A DNA stretch of 13,346 nucleotides from an uncultured Thermoplasmata archaeon (GCA_964399335.1 CAYNQI010000027.1:1-13346); one strand, 5' to 3'. Numbered from the stretch's first letter, positions 1-7,951 are shown. Numbers and translations: made by a program. Notes: generated from the letters alone by a model not told the origin.

Positions 1-1076
1 TGTTTATTGAAGAGAATATACCCGCACTAATTTATGCGGAAGGAGAGTTTGGAAGAATCGACGGTAAAACAGCCAATGGTCTGGTTAGGTTTTCAAAAAA
101 ATATGATATAGTTGGTGTGATCGACAGTACGATAGAGGAAAAATATGCACATGAGGTAGTTGATCATGTGAAAAAGGAGATACCCATCTTTTCGAGCATT
201 GAAGACGCAATGGGTAAATTGGATAGAAAACCAGAAGCGTTCATCAACGGTATCGCTAGGGATGGGGGTGGTTTTCCATACGATAGGAAAGACGTTTTCT
301 TGGAAGCCATGGAGAACGGTATGGATATAGTACATGGGTGCCATGATCATATTTCCCAAGAAGAAGAGTTCAAAAAGAAAGCCGAGGAACACGGTGTAGA
401 AATCTGGGATACTAGAAGAGAACCTGAAAATCCACACTTTTTCACCGGAAAACTAAGAGATATCGACTTTCCACCAAGGATATTGATCTCAGGCACCGAT
501 TGTGCCATAGGTAAAAGAACCTTTAGCGCAGAATTATTCAAAGAACTACAAGATAGAGGCTACAATCCTATTTTTGTGGCTACTGGCCAAACTGGGATAA
601 TACAGGGTGCTAAATACGGATTCCCATTGGACGGTATCCGTGGAGACTTTTTGAGCGGTGAAGCTGAACACGTGATCTGGAAGGCTTCCACGGAAGAAGA
701 TGCTGATGTGATAATCATCGAAGGGCAGGCCTGCATCGCACATCCCCAGGGAGGTAATCCCCTAGCTTTGATGAAAGGTGTACATCCCCACGGTATCGTA
801 CTTATACATGCACCGGGAAGGAAAGAAAAAGACGGGCTGCCAGATTTTGATCCTCCAAATATAGATGAAGAAAAAGAAACAATCGAATTCTTTTATCCAG
901 ACTCGATCATATCTATAGGGATCAATCATGAGGGCGGAATCGATGTTGATGAATATATCCGTAAGTATGAGGAGAAGTACGAGGTACCCGCCGAAGATGC
1001 TTTAAAGAACAGACCTACTAAAACAGCGGATATTATAGAAAATAATTTTATATTGAAACATAAGAATAAAGATTGA
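1..1076 (+). CDS. DUF1611 family P-loop protein (DgcN-like putative D-amino-acid N-acetyltransferase); start codon just outside or at the window edge
   Basis: The frame is open from base 3, upstream of the GTG called at 117: FIEENIPALIYAEGEFGRIDGKTANGLVRFSKKYDIVGVIDS. The window begins 'tg', probably the end of an ATG, which would give ~358 aa. Family motifs: GKTANGLVR, GMDIVHGCHD, SGTDCAIGKRT (P-loop-like), FVATGQTG, IIIEGQ. Stop is TGA at 1074-1076. Confidence 0.85.
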   Translation, partial: FIEENIPALIYAEGEFGRIDGKTANGLVRFSKKYDIVGVIDSTIEEKYAHEVVDHVKKEIPIFSSIEDAMGKLDRKPEAFINGIARDGGGFPYDRKDVFLEAMENGMDIVHGCHDHISQEEEFKKKAEEHGVEIWDTRREPENPHFFTGKLRDIDFPPRILISGTDCAIGKRTFSAELFKELQDRGYNPIFVATGQTGIIQGAKYGFPLDGIRGDFLSGEAEHVIWKASTEEDADVIIIEGQACIAHPQGGNPLALMKGVHPHGIVLIHAPGRKEKDGLPDFDPPNIDEEKETIEFFYPDSIISIGINHEGGIDVDEYIRKYEEKYEVPAEDALKNRPTKTADIIENNFILKHKNKD

Positions 1077-1087
1077 GTAGGAGTACA

Positions 1088-1525
1088 ATGTCAGATATCA
1101 AGTACATCCTCTATGAGGATATAGAATCAGATGAAAAATTTAACGATATCGCATATCTACTTCATCGATATCTGCATAAATTCATCTCTGAAGATGCTCT
1201 AAGAGAGGATCTGAGCTACTGTATCAAGAATGGTAGAACCATGGTTGCTTTCTATGAAGAGGAGTTGATAGGGGCAGTAACCGGTGTATACACGCCCTTC
1301 TTCGACAAGTTCCATATCGCTCATCTAGCTGTAGAAGAAAAATTTCAGGGACAGGGTATAGGCAGTGAACTTGTTGAACGAGTCATACCAGAAGACATGT
1401 CTCCTTCAGTACACCTGAACACTGATAATCCAGGTATCGAAGATTTTTATAAAAAACTCGGTTTTCAAGCGACTCATATACGTTACAAAAGGATCCGATC
1501 TAAGGAGCAAAAACCCAGTGATTAA
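1088..1525 (+). CDS. GNAT family N-acetyltransferase (145 aa)
   Basis: Acetyl-CoA-binding motif A LAVEEKFQGQGIGSELVE and the C-terminal FYKKLGF motif. ATG 1088 is preferred over TTG 1073 because AGGAG (1079-1083) lies 4 nt upstream of it. It starts 11 nt after the DUF1611 stop. Confidence 0.9.
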   Translation: MSDIKYILYEDIESDEKFNDIAYLLHRYLHKFISEDALREDLSYCIKNGRTMVAFYEEELIGAVTGVYTPFFDKFHIAHLAVEEKFQGQGIGSELVERVIPEDMSPSVHLNTDNPGIEDFYKKLGFQATHIRYKRIRSKEQKPSD

Positions 1526-1536
1526 AAAAAGAAAAA
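1524..1536 (-). terminator. Oligo-T tract downstream of ppdK (archaeal-type terminator)
   Basis: The minus strand after the ppdK TGA reads AAACCTTTTTCTTTTTTT, in the 16-nt gap between the convergent GNAT and ppdK stops. Confidence 0.5.
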
Positions 1537-1541
1537 GGTTT

Positions 1542-4172
1542 TCAGTAACCGTCGACACCTTCGTCAACGGCTAATTCATCTTCTATTACAACCTGAGCTG
1601 CAGCTATCCTTGCAACAGGTACCCGATAAGGTGAGCAGCTCACATAATCCAGTTTGTTTCTATAGCAGAACTTTACAGAACTCGGTTCTCCACCGTGTTC
1701 ACCACATATACCAACACTGAGATCCCCTTTGGTCTTCCTTCCTTTTTCAGTCCCGATTTGAACCAATTGACCGATACCGTCCTGATCCAATACCTGGAAT
1801 GGGTCTTTATCGATTATCCCTTTATCTAAGTATTCGGGGATGAATGTTCCAACGTCATCTCTACTGAACCCAAGACCCATCTGGGTAAGATCGTTTGTAC
1901 CGAATGAGAAGAAATCAGCCTCTTCCGCTATTTTATCTGCTGTCAAAGCTGCCCGTGGTATCTCTATCATCGTACCGACTTCGTAATCAACTACTGTATT
2001 CTCACTGAATACATCCTCTGCAGCAGGAGTCACTATCTCATCCTTGATGACCTTTAGTTCTTTAACGTTTCCGATCAACGGCACCATTATATGCGGTTGA
2101 GCGTCGATGCCTTCTTCCTGTGCTTCAGAAGCAGCCTCTAGAACAGCTTTAACCTGCATCTTGTATATCTCTGGATAAGTTATACCTAGTCTGCACCCTC
2201 TGTGCCCCAACATCGGGTTGGCTTCTTTCAACCGAGCTACTCTTTTCTGGATCTTATCCACTTTTACACCTAACTTTTCTGCTAGCTCTCTTTGAGCTTT
2301 CTCATCTGTCGGGGCAAATTCATGAAGTGGTGGATCCAGTAATCTTATAGTTAAAGGATACCCATCCATAACTTTGAACAATTCCTTGAAGTCCTGTTTC
2401 TGCATGGGCATTAACTCATCGATGGCTTCCTGCCGGTCATCCTCATCTTCAGCTATGATCATCTGATGGACAACTCCCAAACGTTCAGGATCGAAGAACA
2501 TATGCTCAGTTCTGGTCAGTCCGATACCTTCGGCACCGAATTCTAACGCTTTCTGAGCATCCTCTGGGGTATCTGCATTTGTCCAAACACCCATCTTTCT
2601 GATATCGTCGGCCCAACCTAGAAGTTTTTCAAACTCTTTGGTAAATTTTGGTTCTATCAAAGGTGCTTCACCTAAAATGACATCGCCAGTAGTACCATCT
2701 ATGGTGATTATGTCATCAGCTTCGACTCGTATATCACCGACTTTAAAGTACTCGTTTTCAAGATCGATATCGATCTCCTCTGCACCTGCTACACAAGGCT
2801 GACCCATACCTCTAGCTACAACAGCTGCATGACTTGTCATTCCTCCTCTACTTGTCAGTACTCCGCGTGATGCTGCCATACCATGTATATCATCAGGTGT
2901 GGTCTCGGACCTAACTAATATTATATCTTCACCGTCATCACCCCTTAAGGCGGCTTCATCCGTATCGAAAACAACTTTCCCGGAAGCTGCACCAGGTGAT
3001 GCGTTCAATCCGCTTGTGATCTTTTCAACATCTGCTTCGGGATCGATCTGTTCGTGTAATATTTTCTCGATCTGTTCCCCTTCAACCCTTAATAGAGCCA
3101 CTTCCTTACTGATAATATCCTCTTCCACCATATCATGAGCTATCTTGACAGCTGAGTTCGGTGTTCTTTTACCGGTCCTGGTCTGTAAAATATATAACTC
3201 TCCGTCTTCGATGGTGAATTCAAGGTCCTGCATGTCTTTATACTCCTCTTCCAATATCTGGCAGACCTCTTCTAACTCATCATGTATATCAGGCCAAATA
3301 TCTTTTAAGTCATCGATATGAAGAGGTGTTCTTATCCCAGCAACTACATCTTCACCCTGTGCATTTCGAAGGAATTCACCATATATCTTGTTCTCACCGG
3401 TTGATGGATCTCTTGTAAAGGCTACTCCACTACCTGAATTATCTCCGGTGTTACCATAAACCATTGCCTGGACATTAACCGCCGTACCCATATCATGTGG
3501 AAGATCATTCAAATCCCTATAACGGATCGCCCTAGCATTATCCCATGAAGAAAAAACTGCTTTAGTAGCTTCCATGAGCTGTTCCCATGGATCATCTGGG
3601 ATATCTTCAACGAATTTCTTGTATGCTTCGCATACCTCTTTCATCCCTTCAGCATCCAGGTCTACATCTTTTTCTACACCCCTTTTATCCTTTATCTTAT
3701 CGAATTCCTTCTCAAATTTACTGTGTGGGATACCCCTAACAACTTCACCGAACATGTTGATGAAACGACGATAACTATCATAAGCAAATCTTTCATCGGT
3801 CTTTTCCATCAAAGCTTTTAAACTTTCATCGTTCAGACCTAAATTCAATACCGTATCCATCATACCAGGCATGGAAACAGCTGCTCCGGATCTGACCGAT
3901 ACAAGTAATGGATCTTCAGAACCCCCAAATTCCTGATCCATCTGTTCCTCTAATCCTTTCATCTTCTCCCTCATCTGGACTTCGATTTCTTCTGGGAGTT
4001 CTGATTCTCTTAAATATGTCAAACAAGCTTCAGTCGTAACTGTAAAACCAGGAGGAACGTTCAATCCTATAGATGTCATCTCAGCGAGGTTTGAACCCTT
4101 ACCACCTAACAGGTCTTTCATGTCTGCACTGCCTTCTTCAAAAGAATACACGTATTGAGTCATAATTACCAT
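1542..4172 (-). CDS. ppdK: Pyruvate, phosphate dikinase
   Basis: 876 aa. Motifs: LLGGKGSNLAEM, LLVSVRSGAAVSMPGMMDTVLNLG, AQGEDVVAGIRTP, GGMTSHAAVVARG (phospho-His), NPMLGHRGCR, FSFGTNDLTQM, GICGEHGG. Alternative start at ATG 4163 (MTQYVYSF). Confidence 0.98.
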   Translation of the reverse strand: MVIMTQYVYSFEEGSADMKDLLGGKGSNLAEMTSIGLNVPPGFTVTTEACLTYLRESELPEEIEVQMREKMKGLEEQMDQEFGGSEDPLLVSVRSGAAVSMPGMMDTVLNLGLNDESLKALMEKTDERFAYDSYRRFINMFGEVVRGIPHSKFEKEFDKIKDKRGVEKDVDLDAEGMKEVCEAYKKFVEDIPDDPWEQLMEATKAVFSSWDNARAIRYRDLNDLPHDMGTAVNVQAMVYGNTGDNSGSGVAFTRDPSTGENKIYGEFLRNAQGEDVVAGIRTPLHIDDLKDIWPDIHDELEEVCQILEEEYKDMQDLEFTIEDGELYILQTRTGKRTPNSAVKIAHDMVEEDIISKEVALLRVEGEQIEKILHEQIDPEADVEKITSGLNASPGAASGKVVFDTDEAALRGDDGEDIILVRSETTPDDIHGMAASRGVLTSRGGMTSHAAVVARGMGQPCVAGAEEIDIDLENEYFKVGDIRVEADDIITIDGTTGDVILGEAPLIEPKFTKEFEKLLGWADDIRKMGVWTNADTPEDAQKALEFGAEGIGLTRTEHMFFDPERLGVVHQMIIAEDEDDRQEAIDELMPMQKQDFKELFKVMDGYPLTIRLLDPPLHEFAPTDEKAQRELAEKLGVKVDKIQKRVARLKEANPMLGHRGCRLGITYPEIYKMQVKAVLEAASEAQEEGIDAQPHIMVPLIGNVKELKVIKDEIVTPAAEDVFSENTVVDYEVGTMIEIPRAALTADKIAEEADFFSFGTNDLTQMGLGFSRDDVGTFIPEYLDKGIIDKDPFQVLDQDGIGQLVQIGTEKGRKTKGDLSVGICGEHGGEPSSVKFCYRNKLDYVSCSPYRVPVARIAAAQVVIEDELAVDEGVDGY

Positions 4173-4190
4173 CTTTCCAGCGATATAAGT

Positions 4191-4202
4191 GATATAAAAA
4201 AA
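4191..4202 (-). promoter_or_regulatory. Putative TATA box of ppdK
   Basis: The minus strand reads TTTTTTTATATC about 20-30 nt upstream of ATG 4172, the spacing expected for an archaeal promoter with a very short or absent leader. Confidence 0.5.
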
Positions 4203-4266
4203 TTATGCCTTATAATTACAAAAAATAAAGGTAAATGGTTTTTTAAGGTAAAAGCTAATTTTTATG

Positions 4267-5484
4267 TCATAAATCATCCCAAGAGATAATTTCTAAGGAT
4301 GTTGGTAGCTTAGGGACATTACCGACTTTTCTAGCCAATAATAGTTCAGCTTCTATCTCTTTGGCAATATCTACAAGTCTCTGAGTGACTATACCGTTAA
4401 ATATCACTTTTTTAGCCTTGCCTTTTAGTGAACCTAATTCATCAGCTAAATCTCTTATAGGTACTTCATCGATGACTTTGTCGTCTTTATCTAGAATCAC
4501 CGCTTTCTTGTCATTCCGTATGTCATCAATTATTTCACTGTATTTATCAAATTTTGTTTTCTGTTTCTTAGGCTTTGGTTTTTTTTTCTGTTTTACCTTT
4601 TTATTTTGTTTTTTTTTCTTTTCAGCATCTACGTCTGCTTGACCAGGAACATCGATATCGTACATCTCAATATACTGATCTTTAGGTATCTTTGCTCTTA
4701 ATGCTTTGATTATCTGTTTCTGTGTCAACTCTTCAACTTCGTTGTTTTTCGGGGCTACAGATACATAATCTACATCCGCTGTTTCCAATAGTTCCCTTAA
4801 TATTAGAGATCCTCCGCGGTCTCCATCGACGAAAGCAGTGGTGACCCTTTCCTTTGATAACTCTTTGATAGAGTCCGGAATATTTGTACCTTCAACTGCA
4901 ACTGCATTTTTGATGCCATATTTTAGTAAGTTTAATACATCAGATCTACCCTCTACTACGATTATAGCATCTGAATCTTTAACATTAGGTCCTGCAGGGG
5001 ATTTTGAATCACCGTAACCACTGATCTCCTCCATCTGGACTTCCTGCCTAACAGACTCTGTTAGATTACCTGATGTGACTTTTCCAGTTTCCATAACATC
5101 AGATAACAGTTCTTTTGCCCTTTCGACGATTTTAGTTCGCTTAGCTTCTCTAACATCTTCGATCTCTTCGACCTCTATCTCTGCTTTGCAAGGCCCTACT
5201 CTATCGATGGTTTCAAGAGCAGCTGCCATTATTGATGTTTCAACTAAATCTAAACTAGAAGGGATAAGTACCGTACCTGATGACTTACCCTTAGAAGAAC
5301 TCACCTGGACCTCTATTCGGCCCATACGTCCGCTTTTTTGAAGATCTCTAAGATCGAGTTCGTCCCCGAGTAAACCTTCAGTTTGGCCAAAAATCGCACC
5401 GACAACATCGGGTTTCTCAACGACACCGTTAGCCTTTAATTTGGTTCTGATAACGTATTTTGTTGTGCTTGGATCAATATCCAT
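4267..5484 (-). CDS. dnaG: Archaeal DnaG-type primase / exosome-associated TOPRIM protein
   Basis: N-terminal KYVIRTKLKANGVVEKPDVVGAIFGQTEGLLGDELDLRDLQKSGRMGRIEV is typical of archaeal DnaG. TOPRIM motifs IVVEGRSDV and FVDGDRGG are present. ATG 5484 is preferred because AGGTG (5495-5491) is an SD-like site; the in-frame GTG at 5493 is the alternative start. Confidence 0.96.
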   Translation of the reverse strand: MDIDPSTTKYVIRTKLKANGVVEKPDVVGAIFGQTEGLLGDELDLRDLQKSGRMGRIEVQVSSSKGKSSGTVLIPSSLDLVETSIMAAALETIDRVGPCKAEIEVEEIEDVREAKRTKIVERAKELLSDVMETGKVTSGNLTESVRQEVQMEEISGYGDSKSPAGPNVKDSDAIIVVEGRSDVLNLLKYGIKNAVAVEGTNIPDSIKELSKERVTTAFVDGDRGGSLILRELLETADVDYVSVAPKNNEVEELTQKQIIKALRAKIPKDQYIEMYDIDVPGQADVDAEKKKKQNKKVKQKKKPKPKKQKTKFDKYSEIIDDIRNDKKAVILDKDDKVIDEVPIRDLADELGSLKGKAKKVIFNGIVTQRLVDIAKEIEAELLLARKVGNVPKLPTSLEIISWDDL

Positions 5485-5507
5485 TTTGAACACCTGATTT
5501 TATGATA

Positions 5508-5669
5508 TTTTCTTGAAAACAGTTAGTAAACCCTCCGATGGATAGCCCTTTTAGAGCTGCACTTGTTGAATGATTCGGACGCGATTTGTTAATGTAATAA
5601 GGAAGGACGTGATATGAAATTAAATCAAACTTGATTCTTAATTTTTCTTACTAACTGCTTTCGAGAAAA
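5508..5669 (-). ncRNA. Candidate structured leader / ncRNA upstream of dnaG, bounded by a 22-bp imperfect inverted repeat
   Basis: Arm 5508-5529 (ttttcttgaaaacagttagtaa) and arm 5648-5669 (ttactaactgctttcgagaaaa) are complementary at 20/22 positions. Internal hairpins lie at 5617-5644 and 5544-5558. No family is recognised. Confidence 0.4.
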
Positions 5670-5684
5670 AAGGGTGTATAGAGG

Positions 5685-5693
5685 TATATATAA
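5685..5693 (-). promoter_or_regulatory. Putative TATA box for a dnaG transcript
   Basis: The minus strand reads aagTTATATATAcc. This would place the start site near 5662 and imply a ~175-nt 5' leader. Confidence 0.45.
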
Positions 5694-5707
5694 CTTGTGC
5701 CTTATCT

Positions 5708-6442
5708 TTAGATCATATCTGGATATGCTTCACGGATGTTTTTGATCGTCTGGAAATCCATCAATCCAGACTCTGTAACTGCATAGATGCGGAATTCACT
5801 AATTTTTTCATCTCTTAAACTGTCTGATATGAAATTACTTGCTCTTATCATATCTCTACCTTCGGATAAAGGACTGAAAGCAGGTAAAATCAATAAATTT
5901 CTAGATTTGTTAAACATGTAACAAGGTATCTTGATAAAGGCACCCATCTCATCTCTGATTTTTAAAGAAGGATGTTCATGCCCAATTATTAAAAAGTCGT
6001 ATTCAGGCAAATCTTTATGCCCATGAGTCAAGGTGATATCATCTAAATCGATAAAATCTTCATAGAAAACTATCCCTCTCTTTTCAGTTATACTTTTTAA
6101 AAAATTATCATGGTTCCCTCTTATCAGTATCAATTCTGAACGGCCCCTTATAAATTCTATAACATCAATGATCTCATTAAATTCTTCTCTTCTATTCTTT
6201 CCAAACTCGTGTTTAAAATCGCCATTTACGATTACGGTTTCAGGGCTGTATTTATCAAAGATGGTAGATAATCTATCTAATATCTCATTTTTTTGAAACC
6301 GGGGCAGAGAAAAACCTTCACCTTTTAAACTAGCCTCTAAACCTAAATGAAAATCAGATAAAATAATTACATCCTTTTGTGAATAATATACACATCTATC
6401 TGAGGTGATGTAAAGCCCATCCCTTATCTCTATCTTATCCAT
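5708..6442 (-). CDS. Calcineurin-like metallophosphoesterase (COG1407 / SbcD-Mre11-related type)
   Basis: 244 aa with all five motifs: LSDFHLG, NGDFKH, RGNHD, THGH, GHEHP. The C-terminal LILPAFSPL is typical of the COG1407 group. Confidence 0.9.
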   Translation of the reverse strand: MDKIEIRDGLYITSDRCVYYSQKDVIILSDFHLGLEASLKGEGFSLPRFQKNEILDRLSTIFDKYSPETVIVNGDFKHEFGKNRREEFNEIIDVIEFIRGRSELILIRGNHDNFLKSITEKRGIVFYEDFIDLDDITLTHGHKDLPEYDFLIIGHEHPSLKIRDEMGAFIKIPCYMFNKSRNLLILPAFSPLSEGRDMIRASNFISDSLRDEKISEFRIYAVTESGLMDFQTIKNIREAYPDMI

Positions 6443-6444
6443 GA

Positions 6445-7887
6445 TTAAGAAACAATCTCCTGGAATACGTCAGAATCTCTAACTTCACTGAAAGCTTCGT
6501 CTTCTTTAGCCTGTTCTCTATACTCTTCCTTCATAGAAATGGCTCTGGTTAAGATAGGTTTGAGTAATTTAAGATTCCCCTGCTTAGCAGCTATTTTCGC
6601 TTTATAGTACCATGCACTAGGTGTTTCTTGGTCAGCCTTTACTACTTCATTAAAATCATTCATAGCATCCTGATATTCACCGAGTTCAAATAAGGCTGCA
6701 CCTTTACTTAACCTTGCAACGACATCGGCACCATCTCTCTCTAAAACCTCTTCGAATGCTTTTGCTGCTTCTTCATACCTACCTAGTTGATATAAACAGG
6801 CACCCTTATTGTGCCATAAGTCGATGTCATCTTCATTTTCATCAACTATCTTTTCGTATGTTTCTAAAGCACCCAAATATTTTTCACAATTATACAGTGC
6901 ATCACCCTTTTTGTACAATAGATTGATATTGTTAGGATTCAATTCCAGGGCCTTGTTGAAATACGTTATATCCTCAGGATCGTTATCATGGATTTCTTTA
7001 TAATATTTTAAAGATTTTACTTTTTCACCCTGTTTCTCTAATAATTCAGCTTTCTTTCTCAATACAGCGATATTGTCTGGATCTTTATCTAAAATCTTAT
7101 CGATCAATTCTTCATTTTCAGGGTCGTTTTCAAATGCTTTAATATATGCTTCTTGGGCTTCTTTTTCCTTCCCCTGTTCTTCAAGTTTTTCAGCCTGTGA
7201 TAGTAAAATATTAGGGTCATCAGGCCTTAGTTCTTCAAGTTTTTCTAGGGCATCTTCATTTTCTGGTTGTAAATTTAGAATCTTTTCATATGCCTTAGCT
7301 GCTTTTTCTTTTTTACCTGTTTCCTCGAAATATTCGGCTTCTAATTTCCATAATCCTGGATCGTCAGGTTTTTTCTTAACTAATTTATGAATATGTTTGA
7401 TATTTGATTTATCTAATTTTATCAAACGTCTATAGGTCTCTATTGATTCCTCAACTTTGTCTAAGAACATAAGTAGATTAGCTTTGTTCACGAGTGCTTT
7501 TGCATTATCTGGCTCTAATTTTAGAGCTTCTTCAAAACAATGTAAAGCGTACTCCTCCATATCGGTCATACTGACGTAGGTCTCACCCTTCTCTAACCAT
7601 GCTTTAAAATTATCTTCATTAAGATCAAGGGCTCTTTCAAAAGATTCAATTGATATGTCGTACCGTCCGATTTCATATAAGCCTCTTCCTATTTCCCTAT
7701 ACAATTCTGAGAATCGTTGTCTATCATTCATAAGAGTTTTTTCATTCTCAGATAAAACTCTTAAAGCAGACCTATATTTCATCTTGGCAGATGTTTTTAC
7801 TCCCTTTGCCTGTTTTTTCTTTGCTTCTGATATAGACTTCTTCACTTTTTCAGCTATTTTTTCCTCTTTACTCCTTCCAAAAGGCAA
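6445..7887 (-). CDS. Tetratricopeptide repeat protein
   Basis: 480 aa with about 10-11 TPR-like units (e.g. DLWHNKGACLYQLGRYEEAAKAFEEVL) and a C-terminal 'end-of-group'-like cap (YREQAKEDEAFSEVR). TTG start with GGGG 8 nt upstream. Its stop is 2 nt from the phosphoesterase ATG. Confidence 0.92.
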   Translation of the reverse strand: MPFGRSKEEKIAEKVKKSISEAKKKQAKGVKTSAKMKYRSALRVLSENEKTLMNDRQRFSELYREIGRGLYEIGRYDISIESFERALDLNEDNFKAWLEKGETYVSMTDMEEYALHCFEEALKLEPDNAKALVNKANLLMFLDKVEESIETYRRLIKLDKSNIKHIHKLVKKKPDDPGLWKLEAEYFEETGKKEKAAKAYEKILNLQPENEDALEKLEELRPDDPNILLSQAEKLEEQGKEKEAQEAYIKAFENDPENEELIDKILDKDPDNIAVLRKKAELLEKQGEKVKSLKYYKEIHDNDPEDITYFNKALELNPNNINLLYKKGDALYNCEKYLGALETYEKIVDENEDDIDLWHNKGACLYQLGRYEEAAKAFEEVLERDGADVVARLSKGAALFELGEYQDAMNDFNEVVKADQETPSAWYYKAKIAAKQGNLKLLKPILTRAISMKEEYREQAKEDEAFSEVRDSDVFQEIVS

Positions 7888-7942
7888 TCTGACATCCCCT
7901 AATTCACTTGTTCAAGTATGTTGAAAGTAATTAGGGATATAA

Positions 7943-7951
7943 GATATAAAA
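7943..7951 (-). promoter_or_regulatory. Putative TATA box of the TPR-phosphoesterase unit
   Basis: The minus strand reads TTTTATATC about 55-65 nt upstream of the TTG, implying a ~35-nt leader that contains the GGGG SD-like site. Confidence 0.4.

Noticed and set aside
5601-5634. Plus-strand mini-ORF MKLNQT preceded by GGAAGGACGTGAT
   Set aside because: Only 6 codons, antisense to the dnaG leader, and the SD-like sequence abuts the ATG. Probably chance.
5508-5669. MITE / IS remnant interpretation of the inverted repeat
   Set aside because: No target-site duplication at either the outer (5508/5669) or inner (5520/5657) boundary, no second copy and no transposase in the window. Not fully excluded without a genome-wide search.
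6445-7887. Lower GC of the TPR gene as a sign of horizontal transfer
   Set aside because: Spot counts (17/60 GC here vs 25/60 in ppdK) are explained by the K/E/N-rich protein composition and are too small a sample.
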